This document shows positions 12,660 through 25,700 of a DNA stretch of 64,000 bases, piece by piece (the first letter of the stretch is position 1; every line of letters begins with the position of its first letter). This DNA is from Intoshia linei (lineage: Eukaryota; Animalia; Orthonectida), in assembly GCA_001642005.1 (NCBI GenBank), contig LWCA01000048.1:3285-67284 (forward strand), read 5' to 3'. The notes under the pieces are model-generated. The model saw only the letters and a program-made list of their open reading frames with translations. It did no database searches and was not told where the DNA came from. A program made the position numbers and the translations under genes.

Positions 12660-15600
12660 TAGGGGTTCTCAACGTAGGGCGAATCAGCCCCAAGGGGGCG
12701 ATTTTTCTATTTTATTCAACCGAAATACATAATCTAATAAAAAATTTTTAAGGTCAAAAATTATTTTTCGCGTTTGATTAAAATGTTAAATTCCAGTCTT
12801 TAAATTTCATAGCTAAAATAACACACAAAAGTATCACAATTTCACAATCACCAAGAGCCGAACCTACCCAGCTAGAGGCCACCAAAAATTAAAATGGATT
12901 TGAAATTTCATTTTTTCTGGGATGTATGTTTTTTATGACAATTTTTTACGTTTTTAACTATAATTTGATTGTTTTTAAGAACATACACTCATTGTCTTTA
13001 ATATATTGAAAAATCGATCTAAAAATTAAAAAATCCTCCTCGGCTGACCTAGCAGCTGTTTGTACGAAGTACATAATCTTCAAGCTAGTTATATATTCTA
13101 TATAATTTATACAGTATTATTGTTTTTACGTTCATATTGAGTATTCAATCTATATCTTAAATTTATAGTCGTAATTGAAAATAGATATTAAATTAGATGG
13201 CATTAATTAGAAATAATTACGATCAATGCGGAAATCTAATTTTCCTCATTATTTTTATAAATAATTATAGTATCCTTTTTTTCATCAACCTCAAAAAAAT
13301 GATGTGGACGCCTGGGTCCACATGGACTCCGTTGATAATGGTTGATCTAGATTCTAGACCAGGGGTGTTCAACCTTTCCACCAATTCAGCCGCAAAGTTA
13401 CTTTACTCATTTCTACTATGGCCGCATACAATTTAGTTTGACATTGAGATAGTTTACATCCATTTTGAGAAAATAGGCAAACTCAAAAATGTAACATTTT
13501 GATAAAAATATTTTAAATTGCCCTTGAATAAAATCTAATTTAAACTTTATCAATTTGACATAAAATGGTACATTTCATTGCACAATAAAGCAACCGTAAA
13601 TCTAAATTAAGTCATTTTAAAAAGTTTCCCATAATGTTTAGTTTTATTAAGTTATAAAGATTCGAAATATTTCGCGTTTTAACAATCTCACATTTTAACA
13701 TGATTTAACTACACACATAAATAATAAAGTAAAGTTTGTATAGTATGAAAAACTTGAATCGGCCAAAATAGGTCGATTCTTCCATTATTGCGATCCAATG
13801 CTCAGGACAGATCAGTATTCTTATTACCAACTTTAAATCTTTACTTTGGACTATACTAATATAACTAATATACGTATACTAACTATATAATATTTACATC
13901 TAAATTTAAAAAGCATTAATAATATCTAAAATATAATAAAATCCATGTAAAAAAGGTATATTAAACACTTTTTGAAAATCGAAAAGTTAAGTCCATAAGT
14001 TGTAGAACAAAATGTATGAAATTGACCTGTATATTTAAACTCGGAGATTGTGTACAATTGAAAAATGACGAAATTTTTGTAAAACGAGAGGTGGTTGGTG
14101 GTGTGTTGGCACTTTGCATTTCCGATAATTTTTAGAGCTATTTTATTTTTAGGGACCCTTGATCACAGTATGTTTTGCTCTATCCAAGGCAGTAGAGAGG
14201 CTAAAGTGGCTATATGGCGGGTCTACTATTTTATATTAATGGGTGATGTTAAAAAAAATTCCTTATAGTGGGTGAATTTTTTTTGCTTCATCCAGGCAAA
14301 ACCATTTAAGACTGAAAAAAAGTTTGGCAATCGCCAGATTAAGAAATAAATAGGCAAACCTAATATTTTTAATGTGTACGAAATGTGTGTGTCAATTAAA
14401 TTTATTTAAAATTTAAAAATGCTACTATTCACTATTATCAATCCATAAAAAGAGTGGTTCCAAAACTTGTTTTCCGTGGAACCGTCATATCACATTACCT
14501 TTAAATTTAAAGTAAATTGTTCCATCTTAATTTGGTTTTGTATACATTTGTGTAAAAAATTTTAAAAACAATTTTGTCTTTTTTTGTTGATTGGGTTGAG
14601 TAAACAATATCAATTTGTGGTAAATAATTAACTGAATCAGCACTTTAAAACATATTACCGGTGAATGTTACCAAAATTGTAATAAATATAAAAATGATAG
14701 TAACAAAGTTATATTTTGCAGTACTTTGTTGTTTTAGTTTTAGACTAAAATTTAGTATAAACGGTGAAAGGTTTTAATGTTAAATATTATCATTTGAAAC
14801 AGTTTTTATGTCAATATATGATGAACATTGTGAAATATATTTTAAATTGAATAATTACCAGAACTTTGATTCTTTAAACTATTTTTTTTCTAGCTATTTG
14901 AATTCCCACACTTCAAAACTTATAAACTGATTCTTAAGATATAAATGTGAAGTATTTTTCAATAAATTGGGGCCTCTTTTTAAAATATAAATGTAAAGTA
15001 TTTTTATTAATTTGGGGAGCTTTTTTAATGAGTAGCCCTGGGCTACAGCCCATATTGCATATGCCTTAAAACGGCTATGTATACGATACTAAAACTTTTT
15101 TAGTTTTATCTTATTGATTATTTTTAAAAAAAAGCTAATATGTGGTTTTGAACATGAAGATATAAGATTTTGAAATTGAAAATTATAATAATATTGATGA
15201 ATTTAAAATCTTTATCAGATTGTGTATTTTTTATAATTCTAGGGCAGGTTTGAATTTTAAAAAAAGTAGAATTGGGGTTTTTGGCCTTAAAGAACCCAAT
15301 TTCTGAAATTGAAATTAACGATACCACAACACTCTCAATATTCTGTTATAGAAATATGGAATTTTGTAAACTCGATTCCTCTTACTTTCTTAAATAATCT
15401 CGAATAAAAAGACAAACAGAAAAATAAAAAACAGACATACATTTTTAACTATTTTAGTTTATAGGTTTTTAAGTAAGGATTTATGAAAATACAAATTTAT
15501 AATAATGTTCACGATTTTAAAATCTGTATCAGAGTGTTTATTTTTTAACATTATACGAATCATTTGATTTATAAATTTGATTTGATTTAGGGTTTTTGAC

Positions 15601-16300
15601 CCTAAAAAACTCAATTTATGAAAATGACATGTGCGATCAAATGTATAATTTTTGACTATTACTATAATTTCCAATATTTTTAGCTAAATTATTTTATATA
15701 AGTCAAGGGCGGATCTAAGAGGTTAGTTAATGGGGTGCGAGCGAAGCGAGCAATATATTTAACTTAGTCTAATGCAAATATTTTTTTAGGGCGTCTCTTC
15801 TAATATTAAAGCGTCTAATTTGATTTTAAAGCGTCTCTTTTAATTTCATTTAAAGGTTGTTATACAATAGTTTCCAAATTTGTATTTTTGCGCAAAAATA
15901 AAAAAAATATAATGTTATGCGCCATCTATATCGTGTTAATAAATTAAAACCTTTTTCATTTATTTTACAAAACATTAATTAAAAATTTAGGGGTGCAACT
16001 GCCCCTTCTACACCCCTTGAATTCGCCACTGAAGTAAGGGCAATCATATACAACAGCGTTTTCCAAATACCGGTCCCTTGAACAATACTGGTCCGTGAAA
16101 TGATTATAAAAAAAATTTACTAATACTTTTTATCATTACTAGTAACGTTCATATTAATAGTCACTTAATAATTAATTAATTTAATTACGTTTTGTATAAA
16201 TTTTTTTGATTGTTGCCTAGTAATTTTAATTCAATGGTCCGCGATAAATTTTATATGTTATTACCAGTGTGCCTAAAAAAATTGTGGGAACTCCTGAATC
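12660..16300. repeat. Cluster of decayed hAT-MITE and Helitron fragments upstream of Delta
   Basis: Helitron 3' end at 13040-13088 (GCTAG|T); CAGGGGTGTTCAACC end at 13359 (shared with 40998); inverted Helitron pieces at 14400-14750 and 15130-15620; MITEs at 15704-16031 and 16054-16296. Confidence 0.6.
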
Positions 16301-17673
16301 AATTGTTGTATTCGTTGGTTACTTTGCTTATTGATACCAATAAAAAATAACCCTAAGAGTAGTATATAGACCGCTGAGGCCAACACTGGACCGAGTCAGA
16401 TGTTAATTGTAAAATCGTATATGCTCTTATATGTAATATATATTATAAACATTAAAAAAAATTTGTTCCACTATCGATTGTGTAATTAATAATTTTTAAG
16501 AATTTTTTTTTTAAAAACTTTTTTTTCATAGTTACGCTGCTGGGTAAAAAAATTTAGCCACCACACGAAATTTGTTTTCAACTTGACCTATTAATTGAGA
16601 ATATTATGCTACGTCATATTTTTGCCTTGTTGTCCTAGTCCCTCTCCACACATTTGGTAATCCATTCCAATATTAGTGAAAAATTTTTTATTATTCCAAT
16701 TAATGATACAATTTACACTTGTTTTCTGAAAAAGATTTAATGGGTTTATCTTGATTTTTCGAAAAACTTAAAAATTAACATGGACAAGTATATTTACATT
16801 ATACTTGCATTACCCTCGAGTATAATATTTCGAGTCTCCTGTTTTACATTGTTAACGTGTCGTTAATTTTTTATGATAAAAAACTGATACAGTACATGTG
16901 TCGTGAATACAATGAAATAAAAAGACTATATATGCCAAAAACAAGAAAGAATAGAAACAGATGCCATACTAGGCATTATTGTTTTAAGATTGCTTTACAT
17001 GTAAATGTAAATATTTGAAAAATATATCGGCATTATGATTATCCGATGATCGACTTAATTATATCAGAAATACTTTATAACTTGTAATAAATTAGTCAAA
17101 ATAATACGATTTAATGTCATATTATTGAAATAAACCATCTCAATCACATGTTTGATTGATATAAACTTTCAAGTGATTCGATAACATTGTAATTTTGTAT
17201 CAAATAAATAATAGCCACACCCATAATTTATTCGACATTCTGGCGCCATTAAAGAACAGTTCATTTAGTTAAAATTTCTAAATACATCGTTTCCTTCAAT
17301 TGTGAAAATAGGTAATTATATACATGGGTTTCATCGGATATATGCGATATATGATTTTGACTAGTAGACTTGTTGAGTTTGGAAAAATTGTCTAAACCAG
17401 AAAAACTAGATACATTTCAATTTTACATCATGATTTTCACTGCGTATTAAAAATTAATGGCGTTTAACCATGCTGAAGAGCATTTAAAGCAGTTAAGTGT
17501 GTTTAAAATTATTAAAAGTGTTTTTAAAGTGTTTCAAAACTCTTTGAATTAACATGTAAGCGTTTAGAAATTTACATGTATTCATTCATTTGAATTTCAT
17601 TTACATAAATTTATTATAATTTTAGAACGATACATTAAATTGAAAATAAATAGTGACGTTATAATATAAATTG

Positions 17674-20600
17674 ATGCACAAGCTGCTATTTGTAACATTT
17701 TGCGTGCTTTTATGTACTGCATTTACAACCTTTTTAAAACCTATGAAACCTGAAAATCGTTATATACCAAAATTTACCAAAGCAGCTAAAAAATCGGAAA
17801 TATTATCAAATATTATCCAGCAATATAAAAACAAACAAAAAGACAAACTAATTCCATTTACTCAAGTGGACATTCGATACAAGGTAAAAGATAAGTTTTT
17901 TTAATGAATCCTTATTTAATTTCTAGATTGTTCCTTTGACCGCCATGTTACGAATCAATTACATTACAAATGACCGCGGAACCACCATAAATAACAAATG
18001 TTGTACAAGCGGACAAACACCTTCCACCGGCATTGGTTGTTTAAACCGTTGTTCCACTTATTTTAAAATTTGTTTTACACCATTAACTCTAGCTGTATAC
18101 ACTAAATTGCGAAAAAACATTGTAAATCAAAAAATTTCAAATGCAAGTAAACCTCTAAACTTTGATTATAAAGCAAAATGTACCTCCATGTCTACAAAAA
18201 TATTTCTCAATCAAAATTCATTTGCAATTAATGATTCGTCCCAAAACTCTTTTAATTTTGGAATCAATTCAGTAATTTAATCTTTTTATTAAATTAACGT
18301 GTTATTAGAAGGATTATTACGTTTCTGTTGAAGCTTGGCATGCATCAGGTATTTTAAGACCTTTATAGTGTCTATATTTTTTTCATAGATAAAAACCACC
18401 CTGACAGTATTATAATTAAACACGGTGCAATTCAAACCATCAACTTCAATAGTGCCGAAAATGCGTACACCTATTATCAAAAATACAACCAAAAATTTTT
18501 AAAATACAAAATTACCATTAAATGTCCTCTAAATTATATAATGTTGAACAATTTCAATTGCGTCAAAACATGTAATTACCAAAAATATGCAAAATTCAAC
18601 GAGACGCATTATAAAAAAAGCAAAAAATGGCAAACTAATCACGAAGAATGCAACAAATCTGGACTCGTTGTATGTAGAAAAGGCTGGGGTGGAAATGCTT
18701 GCAACAAGGGTAATATTTTCAAATTTTTAATAAATATCGATAGCACGTGTAAATCAATATTTATCTTTTAAGTTTAACTTTTATTGCAGTAATAATCCAG
18801 TTATACAACATACACATTTGGCATTTGTTTCATGTTAACTTCCGACATTTAGTTTTATAGTCTATTAAACTACTAAATGTCTACAGATATAATGAATTAA
18901 ATCCTTAAATTACTCTTTAAATCGCATTTTCATTAATTGCTCGTGTTGGTATTTGTTCAATTGGCAAAAGTTGAATTATTCTTTTGATTTTTTAACGGTA
19001 CCTTAAACACGCGAATTAAAACCATCTGCACGCGTACACTTGTCAAAATGATTAATATAATCCTTTGACTTAACTAATTTATCAATAAATATTTATCAAA
19101 TATACAACTGATTCCATCAAATATGATTTACATTATTTTGTGTCATTCTCAATTTTATATAATTTTTAGCAATTTGTCCAAATAAATGCAATCAAGGCTA
19201 TTGTGTCAAACCAAATATCTGCAGGTTATTATGCATTTTTCAGTTATACAATTATTGTAGATGTAACAAAGGCTGGAAGGGAAGCAATTGTGATGTAGCA
19301 ATCAAATTACCTGGATGTCTTCATGCTAAACCCAATAATTTATTTGGTTGTGTGTGTCTCAAGGGTTGGACTGGAATGTTGTGTGATCAAGGTAATAAAA
19401 AAATCAAATAAATTTCAATATACAGTCTAACTCGTCAATAATTAATACCGTAAATAATGAATTTCGATGATAATGAACGAGTTTTAGTCAAAATTCATCC
19501 CTTCTATAGTAATTTTCTTATACATTCTTTACTTATCGTGATGTTTAAATAATGAATCTGAAAAAAATAAAAATATTTATTTATTATATTAATTTATTGA
19601 CTAAATGGAATGTTAACAGTTTCGAAATATGTCACGTAATTACTTTTTATTAGTCTATAACAGTGTTTCTCAATCTTTTTTTCGCTGTGGACAATATTTT
19701 GTTTAAAAAAAATCTGTGAACCTCCATAAATGAACATTTTTCATATGCCCAGTTGGCGGATAACATTTCATGTTAACGAATATATGAATTTATTAGCATT
19801 CTTAAGTAAACTTTTAAACCTTTATAAAATAATTTTGTTAATTATGGACTACGGTGTGAATCACTGGTCTATCGGATTTAATAGATATGCACGTTTTTTA
19901 AAACATTGACTTTCTTACACATCTACAATTTTTGGTTCATAAATTGTATACAGTTTTTAAAAAGGTATCCCTTTAATTCGAAATGTTGATTAAATCCCCG
20001 AAATAATTAATGAATGTGTCTATCGCATGAAGTTTGCCGTTAATTATTGACGAATTAGACTTGATTACGTATATTATGATGAAATAAACTTCATTGTTCA
20101 GATATTTCTTAAAATGTTCATTAAATGACCAAATTGTTTAATAATGAATGTGCCAAAAATCTGACATTTAACGTTCATTATTGACGAGTCTGACTGTAAA
20201 TCCTTACTTATATAATATGATTTGTTTGTCTATTGGTGTGTGTTATCGTTTATTTAAATAACTACCGTTCTTATAATTTTATAAAGTTCACATTTCAGTA
20301 CAGTTTTTTCCGGGAGTGTTAGCAAAATAAATTTCAACCTCCCAACCTCACATCTTACAGGTCAAAAGCCCAATTGTCCTTTTTTTTGAAAATCAAACAA
20401 GTTCGAGAATTTAAAAAAATGTATACTCTGAAACGGATTTTAAAATCATATCTTTATATATCAAAAGCATATATCTTAACTTTAAACTTAGGTCAAAACC
20501 CCATTACCCTTTTTTTATGAAAACAGCCCTAAAATTTAAAAAAATTTACGGATGGTACAGTTGTATCATGTTAAAACACACAAAAAATTTCAATCTGATA

Positions 20601-22658
20601 AAGTGCCGCCTTAACGGTCAAAAAAGCACTTTAGTGTTAATGTGTATTATATCGAAATTATTTTATTAACATTTTTATGTAAAACAAAAAAATTGAAATA
20701 AATAAAAGTCCAACAATTAAAAAATAAGATTATTCTGATCAGCTTATTCCTTTTGATATAAATAAAAAATTTCAGCCTCAGAAATCTACGTATTCCCGGT
20801 GAAAAATAATTTTTTGAAAATCTTTTTTGCAGGAACTCGCGCATATGCTCTGCTCTCAATAGTGAATTTATTACGTTTTTTGTCAAAATTTTTTTTAATA
20901 TAATTTAGTAAATTCGCTTTAATGGTCTGCAATAAATTTTAATTTTCAAACATAACATAAAATTATTTTTGCGTATAATTTTTTATTTCATAAAATAAAA
21001 TTTACAATTACGATTGTACAATGTACATATTTTCCTTTTAGTCTAAATTTTTACAACACACTTAAAATAACCCCTTGTGTGGACCCTTCAATTTTTATAG
21101 GCCCTACCGCAAAAATCAATGTCACTAATTTGTATTTTTATACTTCAATATTGAGTCATTTCTAAAAATTAACTATAAATTCATATATACATATCGTATA
21201 TGCACTATTTATAAAAAAATTAATAATATTATTAATTTTTTTTAATATAATGATCCACATCACATGAACGACGTTTAATTAATAATGAATTAATAAGGTT
21301 CCAAAATTTAAAATTTTGACCCTTGAGAATATTATAAAATTAAATCAAAACTCAGTATGAAATAATATAAAATTGAATATAATATAATTTTTAATTTCCC
21401 CTTATATGGCCCATCTTCATATATCAAATCTATTTCATGGAATTTGAATTCATTGGAATGTGATAATTTATCTTAAAAGTTTGTCTAATTAATCAATATA
21501 ATTTAGTCCTTGATTACTGTTCAATCTATAAACCTTGTCAAAATATGGGAATCTGTGTTAGCAATATACATTTCATGTACGAATGCATTTGTAAGCCCGG
21601 TTGGTCCGGATCAAACTGTGAAATCAAACTTTTTCAATGCGATATTGATAAATGTAGACGTAATGGAGGAAACTGCATTCAGAGCCTCAATGAATGCAAA
21701 TGCCCTTTAGGGAAATCAGGAACATATTGTGAGAACCCAGTCTCTGCAGGTTGTTCTGATAACGTATGCAATCATGGAAATTGTATAATGAAGAAATCTA
21801 AAATATTTTGCAATTGTGATATTGGATATTACGGAAGTAACTGTCATTTAACAATTAACAATTGTATTTCCAAACCTTGCTTCAATGGTAATAAAATATT
21901 TATTCACATTATATTTTTATTTAGGAGGTAAATGTATCAATAAAGTGGGAAGTTACAAATGTACCTGTCCTTATGGTTATCATGGATCAAGGTGTATCGA
22001 AAATGTGAATATATGCAAAGAACGTAAACCTTGTATAAACAATGGAGTTTGTGTATCAGACAATCCTATTGGAGGCTACAAATGTTTATGTCTGGATGGA
22101 TTTGGAGGAGTTATTTGTCAAAATGTAATATCGAATCATTTAAAAAAACTTGTAAAATATAAAAAACTTTGCGACTGTAACCCAATAGGAGGAACTTGTG
22201 TATATTTGGGCAGTAACACTTATTGTAAATGTAACCAATATTACTATGGACCCAAATGTGAAATACCCAAACAGTGCAATACTTCTGGATGTAAGAATGA
22301 CGGTAAATGCATACTTTCTCAAAATCAAAACGTATTATGGACATGCATGTGCCAAGAACCTTATCGTGGATATTTTTGTCAATTTAAATATCAGAAAGAA
22401 CTTATTTATTCACCAATACAAATTGAAAGCAATATAATATATACTTTGATAATTACCATTTGCATCATTTCAATACTATTAATAACAATCGTCTTCATCA
22501 TAGTCTACGCTAGAAAACGCAAAAAACCTGACAAGAGTATTAAAAATATACATGAATCTACCCTCATTGATAATGATACCACAAATGACAATGAAAATCC
22601 ACCATCATACAATTCACTCTTATCAAACTGTAACCTATCTTTAACTGCAAAATATTGA
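17674..22658 (+). CDS. Dl: Delta-like Notch ligand (signal peptide, C2/MNNL, DSL, DOS and EGF repeats, TM, short tail)
   Basis: Exons ~17674-17883, 17928-18271, 18310-18348, 18389-18709, 19170-19224, 19261-19391, 21507-21887, ~21926-22658. MNNL NDRG...KCC...CSTYFKICF and VSVEAWH; DSL ...CNKSGLVVCRKGWGGNAC; DOS CNQGYCVKPNICRCNKGWKG...PGCLH; several EGF repeats; one TM; no vWC domain, so Delta rather than Serrate. Confidence 0.9.
19423..20196. mobile_element. Tc1/pogo-type MITE with a nested hAT MITE (19661-19867)
   Basis: TA|CAGTCTAACTCGTCAATAAT ... ATTATTGACGAGTCTGACTG|TA. The inner element CAGTGTTTCTCAA...GTGAATCACTG is flanked by GTCTATAA/GTCTATCG. Confidence 0.75.
20201..20830 (+). mobile_element. 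Non-autonomous Helitron copy (5' portion) in a Delta intron
   Basis: A|TCCTTACTTATATAATATG 5' end; collinear with the other copies. Confidence 0.75.
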
Positions 22659-22744
22659 CATTTTTGTGTATATTATTTTCCTCGTCGACCCAAGAAAATA
22701 TAAATTAGTGTTGTACGTTTAATGTATAATACATCATTTCACAT

Positions 22745-25700
22745 TTATTTATATCTATTCAATTTTTTAACTAATGAAGGTTTTGGCTGTTCCTTTGTTG
22801 ATGCTTGTTTCTAAATGTCTACATTTTAACGAAGATTTACAATTCATATCCACGTATATCAGAAACTAATAACAGCAACTGGTAAATTTTACCCTACGCC
22901 ATAGGTACAACTGGAAGCCAAACTTCCCAAAAAACTATTCCAAAATTGGTAGAGGTTTTTCCTAAAATTTTGAGAATTGAGTCAAATCATCAGTGGTATC
23001 ACAGGTGCAATTAAATATTTTTGAAAAAAATATTCTCATAAATTTATATAAGCAGTCTGTACCAGATCAGCCGACAAATGAGAACGATTACATTATTTAA
23101 ATATTAGAAAAACGATACTAATAAATATCAATAATTCATTAAAATAAAGTGTTTAAAACTTTTAAAATCTATTTCATTGAATAATCTATAAATTCAGCAG
23201 ATATAATTTTTTTTGAGTAGTCAAACCAGAAATGCACTTAGCATTATGACAATTGAAATCACTCTTTAAAATTTCTAATTTTTCACTTTTTAAATTCAAT
23301 TAAGGTATATTTCTACTCCAAGTAATTTTCAAACCTATAAAAAAGAGATTCTTTGGTACATTTAAAACATTTGTAAACTATATCATAATGGAGCTCAATT
23401 TTAGGTCATCTCCAAAGGGTTAAATAAACGTGAATACCAAATGTATAAATTACATTAATAGATTTTTGTTTTTCTGTAAATGCTTTTAAGGGGTCATCAT
23501 ACCGGCTATAGTGATTTAAAACATCTCTAACATCTTCTACGCCACTTGTTGCAACAGCTAAATTGAATTTTAATACGTACAATAAATAAAAAAAAGTTGA
23601 AATGTTGACCCAAATAAAAAAATTCATATATAAATTTTTCAAATCTTTATAAAAGTAATATTATAAAGTTAAAAAATCAGTACATAAAGCTAAAATTAAA
23701 CTAAATTATTGAAACTTAAAGTACACGACTGGTTTACGCGTACCTGTTGCAAAGCTCAAATTCAAACTAATCCGAAAATATATTGTAGATTTAAAAACCT
23801 TTCAAAAAATTTGAAAGATGATACAATTTATCGTCATTCTTTCCTTTCCAAGAAGGTAAACACAGCGCATTTTGAGGTTGCAATTGAACAGCATATGGAT
23901 CACAATCAACTATAATAGTTTTGCTTAGATCTCGATTTAAACAAGACAGATCCTAAAAGTCATTAGATTAATAAAATGTAAAATTACTTTAACATGAGTT
24001 CCATTTATGTAGTTTGTAGAATCCCTAAATAATCTATATGACAGTACACCTTTTGGATCGATTCCATCAACAATAGAATATAAATTCTAGGTACAAATGT
24101 ATTAATAAACATTTAATTATTTTTTTAATGATATACAAATACAACATCTGAAAACAGGTGATATATCAAATTTATTAAACTCAGATTTTATACATATAAT
24201 TAGGCATTCATTAACCCAGAGTTCTCCAATATGGATGGAGTGAGATATTTTGATGATTCACACAGGTAAATTCAAAAGTAAAAAAATAAAATTTATAAAT
24301 TGAAAGTAAATATAAATAGGGTTAAAAGAGAGTTTCTCAACCGCGGTCAGATAAGAATATGTATAAAATTTTAAAAAATCAATTTGTATCAAACAAATAC
24401 GAAAATCAAGTACATTAATGGTTTTCTAAATTTTTGAGTTTTTACTTGGATTTATACGTTAATGGCAACCCAACATTGTATTTTAATTAAATTAGGGTCA
24501 CGACGAAAAAAGTAATAGTTATATAAATGACAACAATAAAATGTAAATGTATTAGAAATGAAACATTACAGCACCATCCTCATGAGTAAACAAAACAACT
24601 TCATACAATGGTGGACCAACATTACTAAGAAGGTAATCGAGACCAGGTCTTGTTTTGAATCGCCATCCTGTATTTATCTAAAAGAAATAAAATGCAATAC
24701 GACAGACATAAAGCATATTCACTATTTATACAAGTTTCCTAACACCGATTTTAGAGTTAGTGAACCAAATGTAAATAAAAACTAAAAAAGAGTGTTTACG
24801 CGAATACCGTCAAAAATGTAAGACCATATATTGGCTCTGAACAAACAACAACTGCCTCACGTATCAATTATACATCGATTAAAACAAAATTGGCGGTAAA
24901 CAATTACATCACATTTAATTTAGTAACTTATTACAAAATCGGTCAGTTTTACACATGAAAGGTTATAAAAATATAAATATCAAGACTTGTAAGTTTTAGA
25001 TAAATTAATTTGCAGGAATTAGTGCATTAATTCTTGGTTACATTCAAACGCTACAATTATAAAAAGTAAATATAAATTAAATATAAAAGGAACGATGACA
25101 ACGTACACCAGACATTTAATTACTAACCGTAATCTCAGTGGGCTTTGAATTAAAACGATATGTGCTGCAACAAACGTTTTGATACAATTATACATAAAGC
25201 GTTGCGTATCTATTATGCAACAATACCGCCGCGTTAGTAATACTATTTTGCGTTCCTAGTGTCTGACATTAGTTGCACTAATTTACGTACTACAATCTAT
25301 GGGAATACAATTGACGGCAACACTTTTACGACAAAAACTATATTTGTACAGCAGACTGTCTGATATTTAATATGAGATAGCGCGTAGATATGTACCAATC
25401 GTAATTTCAGTTAAATTGCTTTGTTATTTTACAATATTTTCAACTCCAGTCAAATGGTTCAATTTCAGAACGCGAGATATATCATTTCTTTTATGAATTT
25501 ACAATTTTAAGTTTCTAACGTATCTGATCATTTCTTTTATCACCTTTGCCACGTATACAGTATTATAAAAGTCACGTTAGAACATCTTTCAAAATATGTA
25601 ATATCAATATTTATTTTCTCACGCTAAATTACGTTTTTAGACCATCATGCCACCAAAATCACAATTTCGATTTAGTGCCCACGACGATATTCTTCTCTTG

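Noticed and set aside
23709-24785. Plus-strand ORFs of 68 and 75 aa
   Set aside because: Antisense to TIMM50 exons.
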